The position numbers were made by a program, and so were the translations under genes. A stretch of 64,000 nt of DNA from Octopus vulgaris (lineage: Eukaryota): NCBI GenBank assembly GCA_951406725.2, contig OX597825.1, positions 58,342,001 through 58,406,000 of the forward strand. The letters run 5' to 3'. The notes below the pieces were generated by a model. It made no database searches. It was given only the letters and a program-made list of their open reading frames with translations, and was not told the DNA's origin. Below, in pieces: positions 52,231 to 63,250 of this stretch; position 1 is the stretch's first letter, and every line of letters starts with the position of its first letter.

Positions 52231-52743
52231 AAGTAATGTTCGTAGCCACTTCAGCATGGCTGTTCCGTTCGAACGAACTTTACTGCGATTTCTTAACCCC
52301 AAGAGGACATTTCCTCTAAGTGGTTAACGATGCACAGCTGCATCCGATATATTGCGAGCAAGGGAATGAACTCCTACCATCTTCTAACGACGGGACTAGC
52401 ATACCAGTCTGGTTTCGGGCTATTTCTGCTTCTCTTCAGTACTGGACATCTCGTCTGCTAGAGTTGGCAGTAGCTTGCCTCTGCTCGCAATATATATAAA
52501 TTCAAGCGACAGACAGTCGCTGATTTTGCAATAAGCTAAAAAGCTAGTTCTAAAATCTCTCTATGAGACGATTGCAGTAGTTGTACTGGCAAGTAATGTT
52601 CTTAACCACTTCAGCATGGCTGTTCCGTTCGAACGGACTTTACTGCAATTTTTTAACTCCAAGAGAATAGCTCCTCTAGCTCGTTAGGGGTGCACAGTTG
52701 CATCTGATATATTGCGAGCAAGGGAACAAACCCCTACCACCAT
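52231..52743 (-). mobile_element. Retrozyme-like element: about 1.4 tandem copies of a 360-bp unit with one type I hammerhead
   Basis: AAGTAATGTTC starts at 52231 and 52591 (period 360) with about 150 bp of direct repeat; hammerhead at 52396-52445; 14-bp perfect inverted repeat at 52347-52360/52482-52495. Confidence 0.8.
52373..52470 (-). ncRNA. Extended type I hammerhead ribozyme fold
   Basis: - strand: CCAGTA-CTGAAGA-GAAGC(AGAAATA)GCCC-GAAA-CCAG(A)CTGG-TA-TGCTAG. GUA triplet with predicted cut between 52402 and 52401. Stem I continues past a UGU bulge via GACGAGA/TCCCGTC, CTAGC/GTTAG and CTGCCA/TGGTAG. Stem II is mismatched in this copy. Confidence 0.8.
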
Positions 52744-53810
52744 CAGCATTACTTATGTTGATGCCCAAGTCGCACACTGATTGTGATTCAGGGTTTGCCA
52801 TCCCTCCTGAGCCAATGTATTCTGTCTGCTTTTCATTGAGCTTCGTGTGTTTGTGGCGCGTCCAACTCCCGTTGCAGATGCGCAACTTCTCCAGGGTTCT
52901 GTATCCTCTTAGAGATTTTTGCATCATTTGCATAGCTAGCAAGTGTGGCTACCTGAGCAGCTGAGGGCATATCTGGGAAGGCTATTATGAATAACAGCGG
53001 CCCCAAGACAGTGCCCTGTGGAACACCACTCATTATTTGTGTTTCCTTTGAGGTGGCCCCGTTGGACACCACTGTCTGACTTCTATTTTTTAGGAAGTCA
53101 TGTATCCATTCTCCCAGTTTTCCAACTATGCGAAGATTACGCAGCTTGTGACATATACCATGGTCGAGTTTGTCAAAGGCTTTTGTAAAGTCGAGATATA
53201 CCACATCCCCATTTGGGTTGTTGTGCAGCTGCCTTAGCAGCCAGTCGTAGTGTGCTGCAAGAGCTGTGCCAGGCAGCTTCGACCTGGTCGAAAGCCGTGC
53301 TCGGTGTCAGTCAGCAAGTCATTCTCTTTAAGGAATGCAATTAATATCCTTCGGACAATTCGTTCCATGATTTTGCTGATGTGCGAGGTCAGAGAGATAA
53401 ACATATAGCTTTTAGCATCTGCTCTGCTTCCTTCTTTATGGATAGGGTATATTATTCCCTCCTTTAGTTTGCCCGGGAGCTTACCATTTGTAAGGAAGCT
53501 CTGAAAAAGAAACTACAGTGATTTTGAAAGGACTCGTTTGCATGACTTGAGAAGGATTGCTGGGAATCCATCGGTGCCAGCAACTGAGTTTGCGTCTACA
53601 TCATCACCCGTCAGGATCACATCTTACTTTTTGACGCTGATGTAATCTATTGTTACTGCCTTCCTTTCTGCTTCTGTGATGGTAAAGAATTCTACAAGTT
53701 TGCTATCTGTCATGCGACGTAAGAGTGGGGTGAAGACACTTTTGAATTGTTCATTCAGTGTTTCACTTACCTTCATTTGGTTTTCCCGTGAGGGAACCCT
53801 CTTTTTGACA
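52744..53810 (-). mobile_element. CR1-group LINE reverse transcriptase fragment
   Basis: HGFRPGRSCLAQL, VYLDFTKAFDKLDHG, SGVPQGTVLGPLLFII, YANDAK (decayed YADD), VCDLGI. Confidence 0.9.
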
Positions 53811-53924
53811 TTCATGCAGACATATATGTATACAAAAATCATATAATATACGGTGGTGCTCCAGTATGACCAGAGCCACCTGGCTGAAACACATAATAGA
53901 ATATACATACATACATACATACAT

Positions 53925-54505
53925 GATGGCTGCCCCCTTGTTATCGAGTATGGCCATTGCACGAAGCTCAACTGTTATTGGTGCTGTGATCGAATGTGAC
54001 TTTTATTTGCTTTTTAAGGCTACAGCCAGCCATTCAGTTGAAACTCACAGCACCATCAACAATCATGAACAATATTATCGTGCAATGCCTGTGCAAGATT
54101 TTTTTACAGTGAGGAAAGGCTGTGCACCGAATCAATCCCACTCATTAAGCATCAGCAGCCATAATCTGAAAAGAAGAACAAGTCGACATCATCGGTAACC
54201 ACTGAGCCGCAGGTTTTATGTCAGAGTTATCCCAGTTACCTGAGTTACCTTCTCCTAGAAGGATGCCCTAACAAAGGCTAGGTGTCCTTCACTCCCAATG
54301 GTTTAACCGCGCGATCGGGTATTCAGTCCGATTATTTCTATGTCCCCGCGCATGATACAGCCTTAAGCCATAAGAAAAATAAATGAAACTTTTATTGGAT
54401 GGCCGTTGACTCTCAAGTGTTGCCGGTTTAGTCGCCGACGACCCGACCATGCAACAGGTTGTACTGGGTTACATGTTACCAGTAGCACTCGAAAGTGACC
54501 TGACA
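53925..54505 (-). mobile_element. About 560-bp non-coding element embedded in (TACA)n, copy 1
   Basis: Reverse complement of 61794-62349 apart from internal indels; TACA repeats on both sides. Confidence 0.8.
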
Positions 54506-54603
54506 CAAACATACATACATACATACATACATACACACACATACACACACATACACATACACACACATATGTATGTATGTACATACATACATACATACAT
54601 ACA

Positions 54604-54671
<68 letters not shown>

Positions 54672-54673
<2 letters not shown>

Positions 54674-56095
54674 GTCTGGGGATAGTTTCCGCTCATTTAC
54701 CTGTTTATTTTTCCTAAAATTTTCGTTGCGTCTTGCAACCTTTTCAAGAGTCACAGAGTCACAGAGTCACAGAGGAGAAGACCATCAACCATCACCTCAG
54801 CAGTGAAGAAAGGCATCGCAGAGCGCTAGAGTAGCTGGACCGTATCCACCCAAAACCCTAAGAACAACAATCAGGTGAAAGGAATGATTGCACACGCAAT
54901 GGGGGCTAGCGTAAGAACCACCTTGAAGAACCACATAGTAAAGTTTAACAAGAAACTATACATGCAGGTTCAAGGTGCAGCCATTGGTGTTGGTGTAGCT
55001 GGAGATGTGGCTGGCCTCTTCATGACTCGGTGGGACAGAAAACTTAGGTAATCCTTATCAGAACAGTCCACAACTCTTTTACTTTACAGTAGATATGTTG
55101 ATGACATTAATATCATAGTTAGGACCAACTCTAGTGACGGTAATGTAGAGACTGAAAAGAACGTAATGGAGAGCATCCAGCACGAAGCTAACTCATTCAC
55201 CAAAGTATCAAGGTAACTCTAGATTACCCCACTAAGCAACCCAACAATAGACTCTCTGTACTTGATACTGAACTTTGGTTAGAGACTGTGAATAACAGAG
55301 TGCAGCTCCTCCACTCCTATTACATGAAACCCATAACTTCAAAATATGTTGTTCACAAGAACTCAGCTTTGTCACACAACATGAAAATTAACATACTGAT
55401 AGCAAACTTAGTTAGAATAATGAACAATGTGCCCTCACTATGCAAACCCTATGAAACGAAGAAACATGTACAGAACTTCATGCACCGCATGCAATTCTCT
55501 GGATATGATCAGAAAGATAGGGTTCGAGTATACAGGGGTGCTAGAAAGAAGTTAGATAACATTATATGTAATGAAACCAGTGGTACCTGCCCTACATATA
55601 GAAGTAAAGACTGGAATAGAATACAAAGAGCTTGTGACAAAGCAATCAGGGTGAACACGTAGTGCAAAACCGACAAATATCAAGGAGTGATGTTTGTAGA
55701 GGCCACAGCCCATGGAGAACTAGCCCGTAGATTAGGAAAGCTCTGAAGGAGACCAAACTCAACATTAAGATCGTTGGAAAGCCAGGGACTCCATCAGATC
55801 ACAACCATGTAGGACGTACCCCTTTGAGAATACCATATGCACCAATGATAAATGCATGGTATGTAGGATTAACCCTGGCATTAACTGTAGAACTAGAAAT
55901 GTAGTCTACAGCATAAGAAGCATAGGAGATACTTTTAAAGACATGAACATGACATACATAGGAGAGACATCTAGGAGCATTGCGGAAAGACTAAATGAAC
56001 ATTTGATACAATATGACGACAAAAAACAGTCCTCAATATTCTACCAACATGGAGGCAACCTGGGCCAACTTGGCATCAGCATTTTATCCAAACAC
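54672..56095 (+). mobile_element. Penelope-like element (RT plus C-terminal GIY-YIG), 5'- and 3'-truncated, decayed
   Basis: YMQVQGAAIG, RYVDD (55091-55105), MQFSGY, C-x4-C-x2-C..CRTRNVVY..YIGETSRSIAERLNEH. Preceded by a short segment that reads as an inverted decayed hammerhead (TTGAAAA-GGTTGC..GCAAC-GAAAATTT on the - strand) and (AGAGTCAC)3. Confidence 0.88.
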
Positions 56096-59000
56096 ACCAA
56101 GACTGCGGATCAAGTGTGGTGCGTAGAGCGACCTTCAGTTGCCTGTGAAAACGTTCAACCATCTCGTTGTACGAATGTGATGAACGCATAGGATTCGTGA
56201 CAATTCACGAAATAAGGAAGCTTCGAACTGGCATCCACGATCAGTAGTTATTTTAGCTGGGACACCAAAAGCGAGCAATCCAGTTAGAAACGAAAGCTCG
56301 AGCAACTGACTCAGCAGAAATGTCCACTATTGGAATGGCTTCAGGCAAACGAGAGAAACGATCGACACGTTAATATACAAGAGAAACCGCAACTGATAGG
56401 CCATGGTCCAACCAGATCAATATGGACATGGCGAAAGCGAGTCTCCGGCGGAGAAAACTGTCCAAGAGAAGCGCGAATGTGCCTGTGGATTTTAGAAAGC
56501 AGGCATTTCACACAAGAGCGTGTCCAAGCGGTGATCATGCGGCGCATATTAGGCCAGAAAAACCAAGCCGTAATAAGCTTCACCGAGGCAGCGTAGCCAG
56601 GATGTGACAGTGAATGTAAGGCATCAAAAGCAGAACGCTGGTGGTTCGCAGGTACAAACGGTCTGGGAGAACCAGTAGCTGTGTCACAAAGGATTGTGCC
56701 TTCAGTAGACGGAAGTAGAAGATAGGCAAAGTTGCAATAGGACAACTTGGTGGAAGTTAGATCCAATGTGTCCAGAGCTGACTGATCCTGCGCAATGGCA
56801 GTTAAATCGATTGCAGCAGGAGATGAAAGAGAACATACAGGGAGACGAGAGAGTGCGTCAGCAGGTATGTTCTCTGTTCCAAGTATATGCGGAATGTCAC
56901 TCGTGAACTGAGAAATGTAGTCTAGGTGGCGAAAAGCACGAGGCGAGTGTTTGTCCGATTTAGATGACAGAGCAAGCGTAAGAAGCTTGCGATCAGTATA
57001 AATCACAAATTCCCAGCCCTCGAGTTGATGTTGAAAATGACGAACCGACAGGTAGATCGCTGAAAGTTCACTATCAAACGTACTGCAACGACGTTCAGCT
57101 GGCTGTAATTGACGAGAAAAACTGCCAAAGGTCGAGTTTGATTGTCGACGGTATATTGCAAAACAGCACCAACCACAGAATCCAATGCATCAACTGTTAA
57201 AGAGAGACGAGCATCAGGAACTGGATGTGCAAGCAAAAGAACAGAAGCTATTACCTTCTTGATTGACTCAAACGAAGATAATGCCTCGGCAGATAGAGTG
57301 ATAGAATTTTTTATATATTTGCTTTCAGTAGTTGAATCAAGGGAAGTGACTTGTTTGCACTTTTATGTATGAACCTCCTGTAAAAGTTGACAATTTCCCA
57401 GAAGTGACGCAGTTGGCGTAGGGAGGTGAGATGCGTTGAATTGTGAGATGCGGTGAATTGCATCGACTGTGGAGAAGAGAGGTCGGATACCCTTAGAGTC
57501 GATATAATGACCTGGGAATTCCAGAGAGGTCTGTCCGAAAACACACTTATCAGGGTTGATTCGCACATTGTAGGTGCGAAGATGCTGAAAAAGTTGAGAT
57601 AAGTGTTGGAAGTGATTTTTCACGCGTCTCGCTAGCTATGAGCAAATCATCGACGTAAGCGAACACAAAGTCAAGTCCACGGACAACTTCGTCGATAAAC
57701 CTCTGGAATGTGCTCGTTGCATTCCGTAAACCAAAGCTCATAAACAGGAACTCAAAACTTTCAAAGGGAGTAGTAACGTCAGTTTTGGGAATGTCATCAG
57801 GGTTCATTGGAATTTGATGATAAGCTCGAATGAGATCAACCTTGGAAAAAATAGTACAACCATGCAAGTTTGAAGAAAAATCTTGGAGATTCCCTATAGG
57901 ATAGCGATCGGAAACTGACCGCATTCAAACGTCTGTAATCTCCCACCGGGCGAAAGTTTGAATCCCCTTTCCGTGACAAATGTAGAGGAGATGCCCAAAA
58001 GCTGGTGGAGGGGCGAATAAGGCCGAGTTGAAGCATATGCTCAAACACAGATCGAGCCTTTTTGAGCCGATCAGGAGCGAGTCGCCGTGGACGCAAAAAG
58101 GCGGGTGGTCCAAAAGTAGTGATATAATAGTGAGTCGAGTGTGTGACTTTGACTGATTTGTAAGTCAGATCTACCAACTCTGGGAAAGAAACCAAAAGGA
58201 AGTGGAACTGGTCACTAGCAGTGGCGAAAAAATTGACGGGCTGAGAACAGCATTAGTAGTAACCAGAGTAGGCGTAAACAAAGACGTAGAATCGTTCGCG
58301 AGTCTCTGTCGCCTGACATCTACTAATAAGTGAAAGTGGTTTAAGAAGTCCGCAGCGCCCAGAATGGGGTACAGTAGATCTGCTATAACAAAAACCCATC
58401 TAAAATCCCATTGAAGGTTGAGATCTAGGTGTAATGAGACCTGACTGTAAGTTTTAATCGGGGATAGATTCACCGTGTGCAGGTTAATGGCAGATTGCTT
58501 CGGCTTGTCGAAAGTAAGACACAAAGGCCAAATAGAACAGCTGGATCCGGTGTCAACCATGAACGATTCGTTAGATACACAATCCTTAACAAAGAATGCA
58601 CGGTGAGATGAAAAATTGCGGGAGAATTTGACGATCCCAAATCTTCTGTAACTAGTTTCCCGACAGCTTGAACAAACAGGGCTGGATGCATCGATGTGCT
58701 TTGTCCTTGAATGTGGCATGGTACAGCAGAGATTGAAAACCGTTAGAGTAGAACTAGACGACCGTGACTTAAAACGACTTCTACTGCGAGGACGACGAGA
58801 GCTGGCGTGTTCTCGCCACAATGTGTCCATGCGACGAGCTTATGCACCGACTCTCCCTAAAATGTCATCATGTGACGAGGGAGAAGACTTTGTGGTAGTA
58901 GAGGAAGCTACAACGGGGTCCGAACAGGTATGGTAAAGTGCGGGTTGCACAGTGAACTCTATGATCTTGTCCGCCGTGGTGGCTATCTGATCGAGCAAAT

Positions 59001-60345
59001 TGGAGTCGACCCTTGTGGCCAGGATGGATTGGACATTCGACGGTAGCCGAGAGAAAAACAAATTCCTAAGCAGAGGATTGTCCTCAAGTGGCGTGTCGCT
59101 GAGTTCACGCAAACGACGAAAAACTCAGATGGCGTCCTATCTCCCAGGTGTTCATCCTTCATCAGTGTTCGGAATTTATTTTCTGCAGATTGTGTGTTTC
59201 AACGGAGAAACTCGGATTTGACGGACGCGTAAGTCGCGTCCGGATGTGGGTCAGTGATGAGATCTTTCAATGAGCGTGCAAGGGGTGCAGGCATCCCACA
59301 GTACGAAAGATTTAGCTGTTGTCGGTGAGGCACCGCATGGGCGGAAAAATACGCATCCAATTGAACGAACCAAAGCGTGACATCACCAGAGTACGCGAGT
59401 AAGTTGGGAAGACTCATTTTGTATAGAGAAGAGAAAAAAAGACCCAAGAACCGACAAAAGTGTTGGTGGAATAGTAACGTGTGTGCGAAAAAAATATTCT
59501 TAGCAAAAAGTTTTGAATTTTTTGTATACTGTGTGCAGAAATGAAAAAAAAAATGTCTTTTTTAGTTGCTAAACCTGTGTTGAAAAATAAAATGTTTGTG
59601 TTTTATTTATTTATTTTTTAAAGAAGTCGTCAGAAAATGGCGGGCCAACTGGTAATTTTCTTTTCAACACGTGAGGCAACCCGAACATTGCGGTAGATGG
59701 CTGGAAGTTGATGGTCGGCTTGCTTGAAGTGTCCTCCCGTAGCTGCATTTGGTGTATGTACCGGCATCAAACGTTGACGTTAGACATTGTGGGAGAAATT
59801 ACTTCAAAGAATACCATGTAGTTCCTTGTAGGAAGAATGCATACTCTGCGAGGTACAAGTTCAAGGCGAAAAACACGAATTCTAATGATTCACTTGAACG
59901 AGAGAAGATATTCTGACGTCAGGCCAGACTGTCATTCTATAGTTCGGGTGAGGCATCAACAACGCGAAAGCTTGCGGCTGCCGAAATCTTTTTTCCGTCG
60001 GGGGTCACCATTTTATAATGGAATTGAAGGCTTGTGATACCTGTGGAGTTTCTCCTTCTCCAATTATAATTATTTCTGTAGTCTTAAGAATCTGGAACAC
60101 GAAGAAGAAGCTTACAAGCAGAGTGCAATTCAATAGTCGTTTATTTTTGTTCTCGTTCATGGGGCTCGCTCACAGTGACCATCTTTATAGTTCATTATAG
60201 CTCCGTTCACGTGAGCTTCATTACCTCTGGAGATAACAGGTGAAGTTAGAGCGGGATAAGAATCCGCTGTGAGCTGCCAGCTTCGCAGTGTTTCTCAGCG
60301 TAAGCGAGGAGGAAGAAAGAGAGAGAATGTCTTAATTCTCCTGCT
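56096..60345 (-). mobile_element. Ty3/Gypsy LTR retrotransposon, CsRn1 clade, decayed and 3'-truncated
   Basis: Gag LWFVQLDAYF and C-x2-H-x9-C-x3-C (C[W]YHATFKDKAHRCIQPC, 1-nt deletion); protease VDTGSS; RT FGLRNA/YVDD; RNase H LTVDA; integrase HPG..C-x2-C, HIDLVGP, TTDRG-x-QF, VERFHR. PR-RT-RH-IN order. 5' LTR limits (about 60011-60345) are uncertain. Confidence 0.93.
59996..60010 (-). promoter_or_regulatory. Primer-binding site, tRNA-Trp
   Basis: - strand TGGTGACCCCCGACG is complementary to the tRNA-Trp 3' end (..CGTCGGGGTCACCA) with one extra base; a Trp primer is characteristic of the CsRn1 clade. Confidence 0.85.
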
Positions 60346-60656
60346 TAAGTAGTCGTTGTCGTCTTGAGCATGGCAAATGGTTGCAGGCGAGATCTTGCTC
60401 CTGTCTCGGACATGGTAATGGCTACCGGCGAGATCTCGTACAAAACGGCGCTGGCTTCTTGTGCCTCGCTACAACAGGAAAGGTATCTAGCCATAAAAAA
60501 ATCTGCCTCAGTAAATTTCGTCCGACCCATGCTAGCATCGAAAAGTGGACGTTAAAACGATCAAGCTGACACACACACACACACACATGTATATGCACAC
60601 ATACATGCACCACATACATATATACATATAGAAACAAACACACACACACACACACA

Positions 60657-60707
<51 letters not shown>

Positions 60708-61596
60708 CACAGATTCGCACATACACATATATATTAATTTAAGTGTGATAAATAGGGAATATAAATCGCGAAATGCAATTTCCTTCGGTCACCCGTACAA
60801 GTCAACGGGTTTGAAAAGCCTCTAAACAATTCCAGCACCGCAAGTTGTATTCAGCACATCGATGGTTTTATACCGTAACTTAAGGATAGCGCCTCACCCC
60901 CAGCTCCGCCAAAAAGAAAAGCACAAAGGCACAATCACACAAACATACACACAATCATAAGCGCACACATTCACACTCACAAATACGCACATGCACATGC
61001 ACACACAATCACTTATAGAAAAGCTTATAAATCTGGTTCATTCACGTTTCGAAATCTGCAGAGCTTTGGAGAAAAAAAAACTGAAAATCTATCATGAAAG
61101 TGCTTATATATGTGATTAATGGTGGATAGTAAATAAATAAATAAAGAAAGAAAGAAAGAAAGACATCTGTAATGCAGAAGGGAGGGAGAATGAGGAGAAA
61201 GGGGAAGAGCGGAGGAAAGTAGTTCTTTTTTGTTTTTTACCTCCCCTGTATTTTTCTTTCGTTTTCTTATCCTTTTTTTGTTTTTCATTTTTTACTGTCG
61301 ACCATTAAACATATATAGAAATGACTTGCAAGATAAGTTGTTTATAAAGTTCTGTAGATTTCAAACTGTGAATGAAACGAATTTCTAAGCTTTTCTATAA
61401 ATAAATATGAAATACTCTACTTCTAAAGTACAGTTTCATTATTTATTTTGTGGTTCTCTAATATTTTTACAAATAAGCTCGCACATATATACGTATGTAT
61501 GTATGTATGTATGTATGTATGTATGTATGTATGTATGTATGTATGTATGTATGTATGTATGTATGTATGTATGTATGTATGTATGTATGTATGTAT

Positions 61597-61763
61597 GGAA
61601 TTACAACCGTGTTTCGTGGTCTGCTACCACAATAGCTCCTTTATAGAATCCAGTTAGCTCAAAACATCATCAGGAGGAACCACGTCCGATTTCGGCCCCT
61701 ACTCCTCTACCGTTTTGACGTGGCGCCCCTCCTTTCGAAGGTGTCTTCAGCTCTGGTGTTGGG
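61597..61763. mobile_element. About 170-bp GC-richer structured insert in a (TATG)n array
   Basis: Unique sequence bounded by TATG repeats; hairpins CCACGTC/GACGTGG and GTGGT/ACCAC. Confidence 0.5.
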
Positions 61764-61793
61764 TGTATGTATGTATGTATGTATGTATGTTAT

Positions 61794-62349
61794 GTCAGGT
61801 CACTTTCGAGTGCTACTGGTAACATGTAACCCAGTACTACCTGTTGTATGGTCGGGTCGTCGGCGACTAAACCGGCAACCCCACCAAGCTTGCTTGGTGA
61901 GGAGGGTGTTTATTGGTCATCCTGCGGGATGAAAAACAAAACCCGTCAAAGGGCGGAGGAACTCTTGAGAGTCAACGACCATCCAATAAATGTCTTAAAG
62001 CTGTATCATGCGCGGGGACATAGAAATAATCGGATTGAATACCCGATTGCGCAGTTAAACCTTTGGGAGTGAAGGACTCCTAGCCTTTGTCAGGGCATCC
62101 TTCTAGAAGAAGGTAACTCAGGTAACTGGGATAACTCCGACATAAAACCTGCGGCTCAGTGGTTACCGATGATGTTGACTTGTTCTTCTGTTCGGATTAT
62201 GGCTGCTGTTGCTTAGTGAGTGGGATTGACTCAGTGCACAGCCTTTCCTCACTTAAAAAAATATCTTCATGCACAGGCATTGCAAGATAACAACATTGAT
62301 TAAGCTTCGTGCAATGGCCATACTCGATAACGAGGGGGCAGCCACCATG
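61794..62349 (+). mobile_element. About 560-bp non-coding element embedded in (TATG)n, copy 2
   Basis: Homologous to 53925-54505; contains GGGCATCCTTCTAGAAGAAGGTAACTC, which resembles a motif of RTE-type 5' UTRs. Confidence 0.8.
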
Positions 62350-62547
62350 TAGGTATGTATGTATGTATGTATGTATGTATGTATGTATGTATGTATGTAT
62401 GTATGTATGTATGTATGTATGTATGTATGTATGTATGTATGTATGTGTGTGTGTGTATGTATGTATGTATGTATGTATGTATGTATGTATGTATGCATGG
62501 ATAGAAGATTGATACATACATAAATAGGTGGATAGATAGATAGATAA

Positions 62548-62612
<65 letters not shown>

Positions 62613-62621
62613 ATCTATCTA

Positions 62622-62660
<39 letters not shown>

Positions 62661-62739
62661 GCCTGTCTGTCTATCTGCCTGTTTGTCTTTCTATCTATCT
62701 GCTTGTGTATCTGCCTGTCTGTCAGTATATTTATCTCTC

Positions 62740-62794
<55 letters not shown>

Positions 62795-62844
62795 ATGTGT
62801 GTGTGCTTGTGTGTGCTTGTGTGTGTGTGTGTGTGTGTGCATAT

Positions 62845-63250
62845 ATGGGTACAGGCCGTCACAAAACGTAAACAACAGGAAATACGAAGACAAACTTTTT
62901 TTGCGAACAAGACAAGTAACATACAGAACGAGCCTTCATCAGTTGTCAGCTGATTATCTACTCCACGTTTCGAGCAATTCACGACATTATGTGCCTTCGA
63001 GAAAACAGTTGCTCCCGCAAACCAAAATAAAATTTGGGATTTTGCGGAGGGTCAAAGTTGGTAACAAAAACAGGACAGTGAAACAAATACTGAGGGCTAC
63101 TAAGCCAGGCGGGGTAAGAAAGCGAAAGCTGAAGAATATTCTTTGACAGGAGAAAAGTAAGATGGTATCGTATTTGTGTGTCTGATCTTACAGTCTGAGT
63201 CATGAAGTTTGCAATTTTCATGTTTACATTGAAATTTGTGATTTAAATTG
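62845..63250 (-). mobile_element. Repeat terminus, probably PLE-related (homologous to 40950-41150)
   Basis: - strand GCTCGAAACGTGGAGTAGATAATCAGCTGACAACTGATGAAGG; ends in (CA)n. Upstream boundary is uncertain. Confidence 0.45.
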
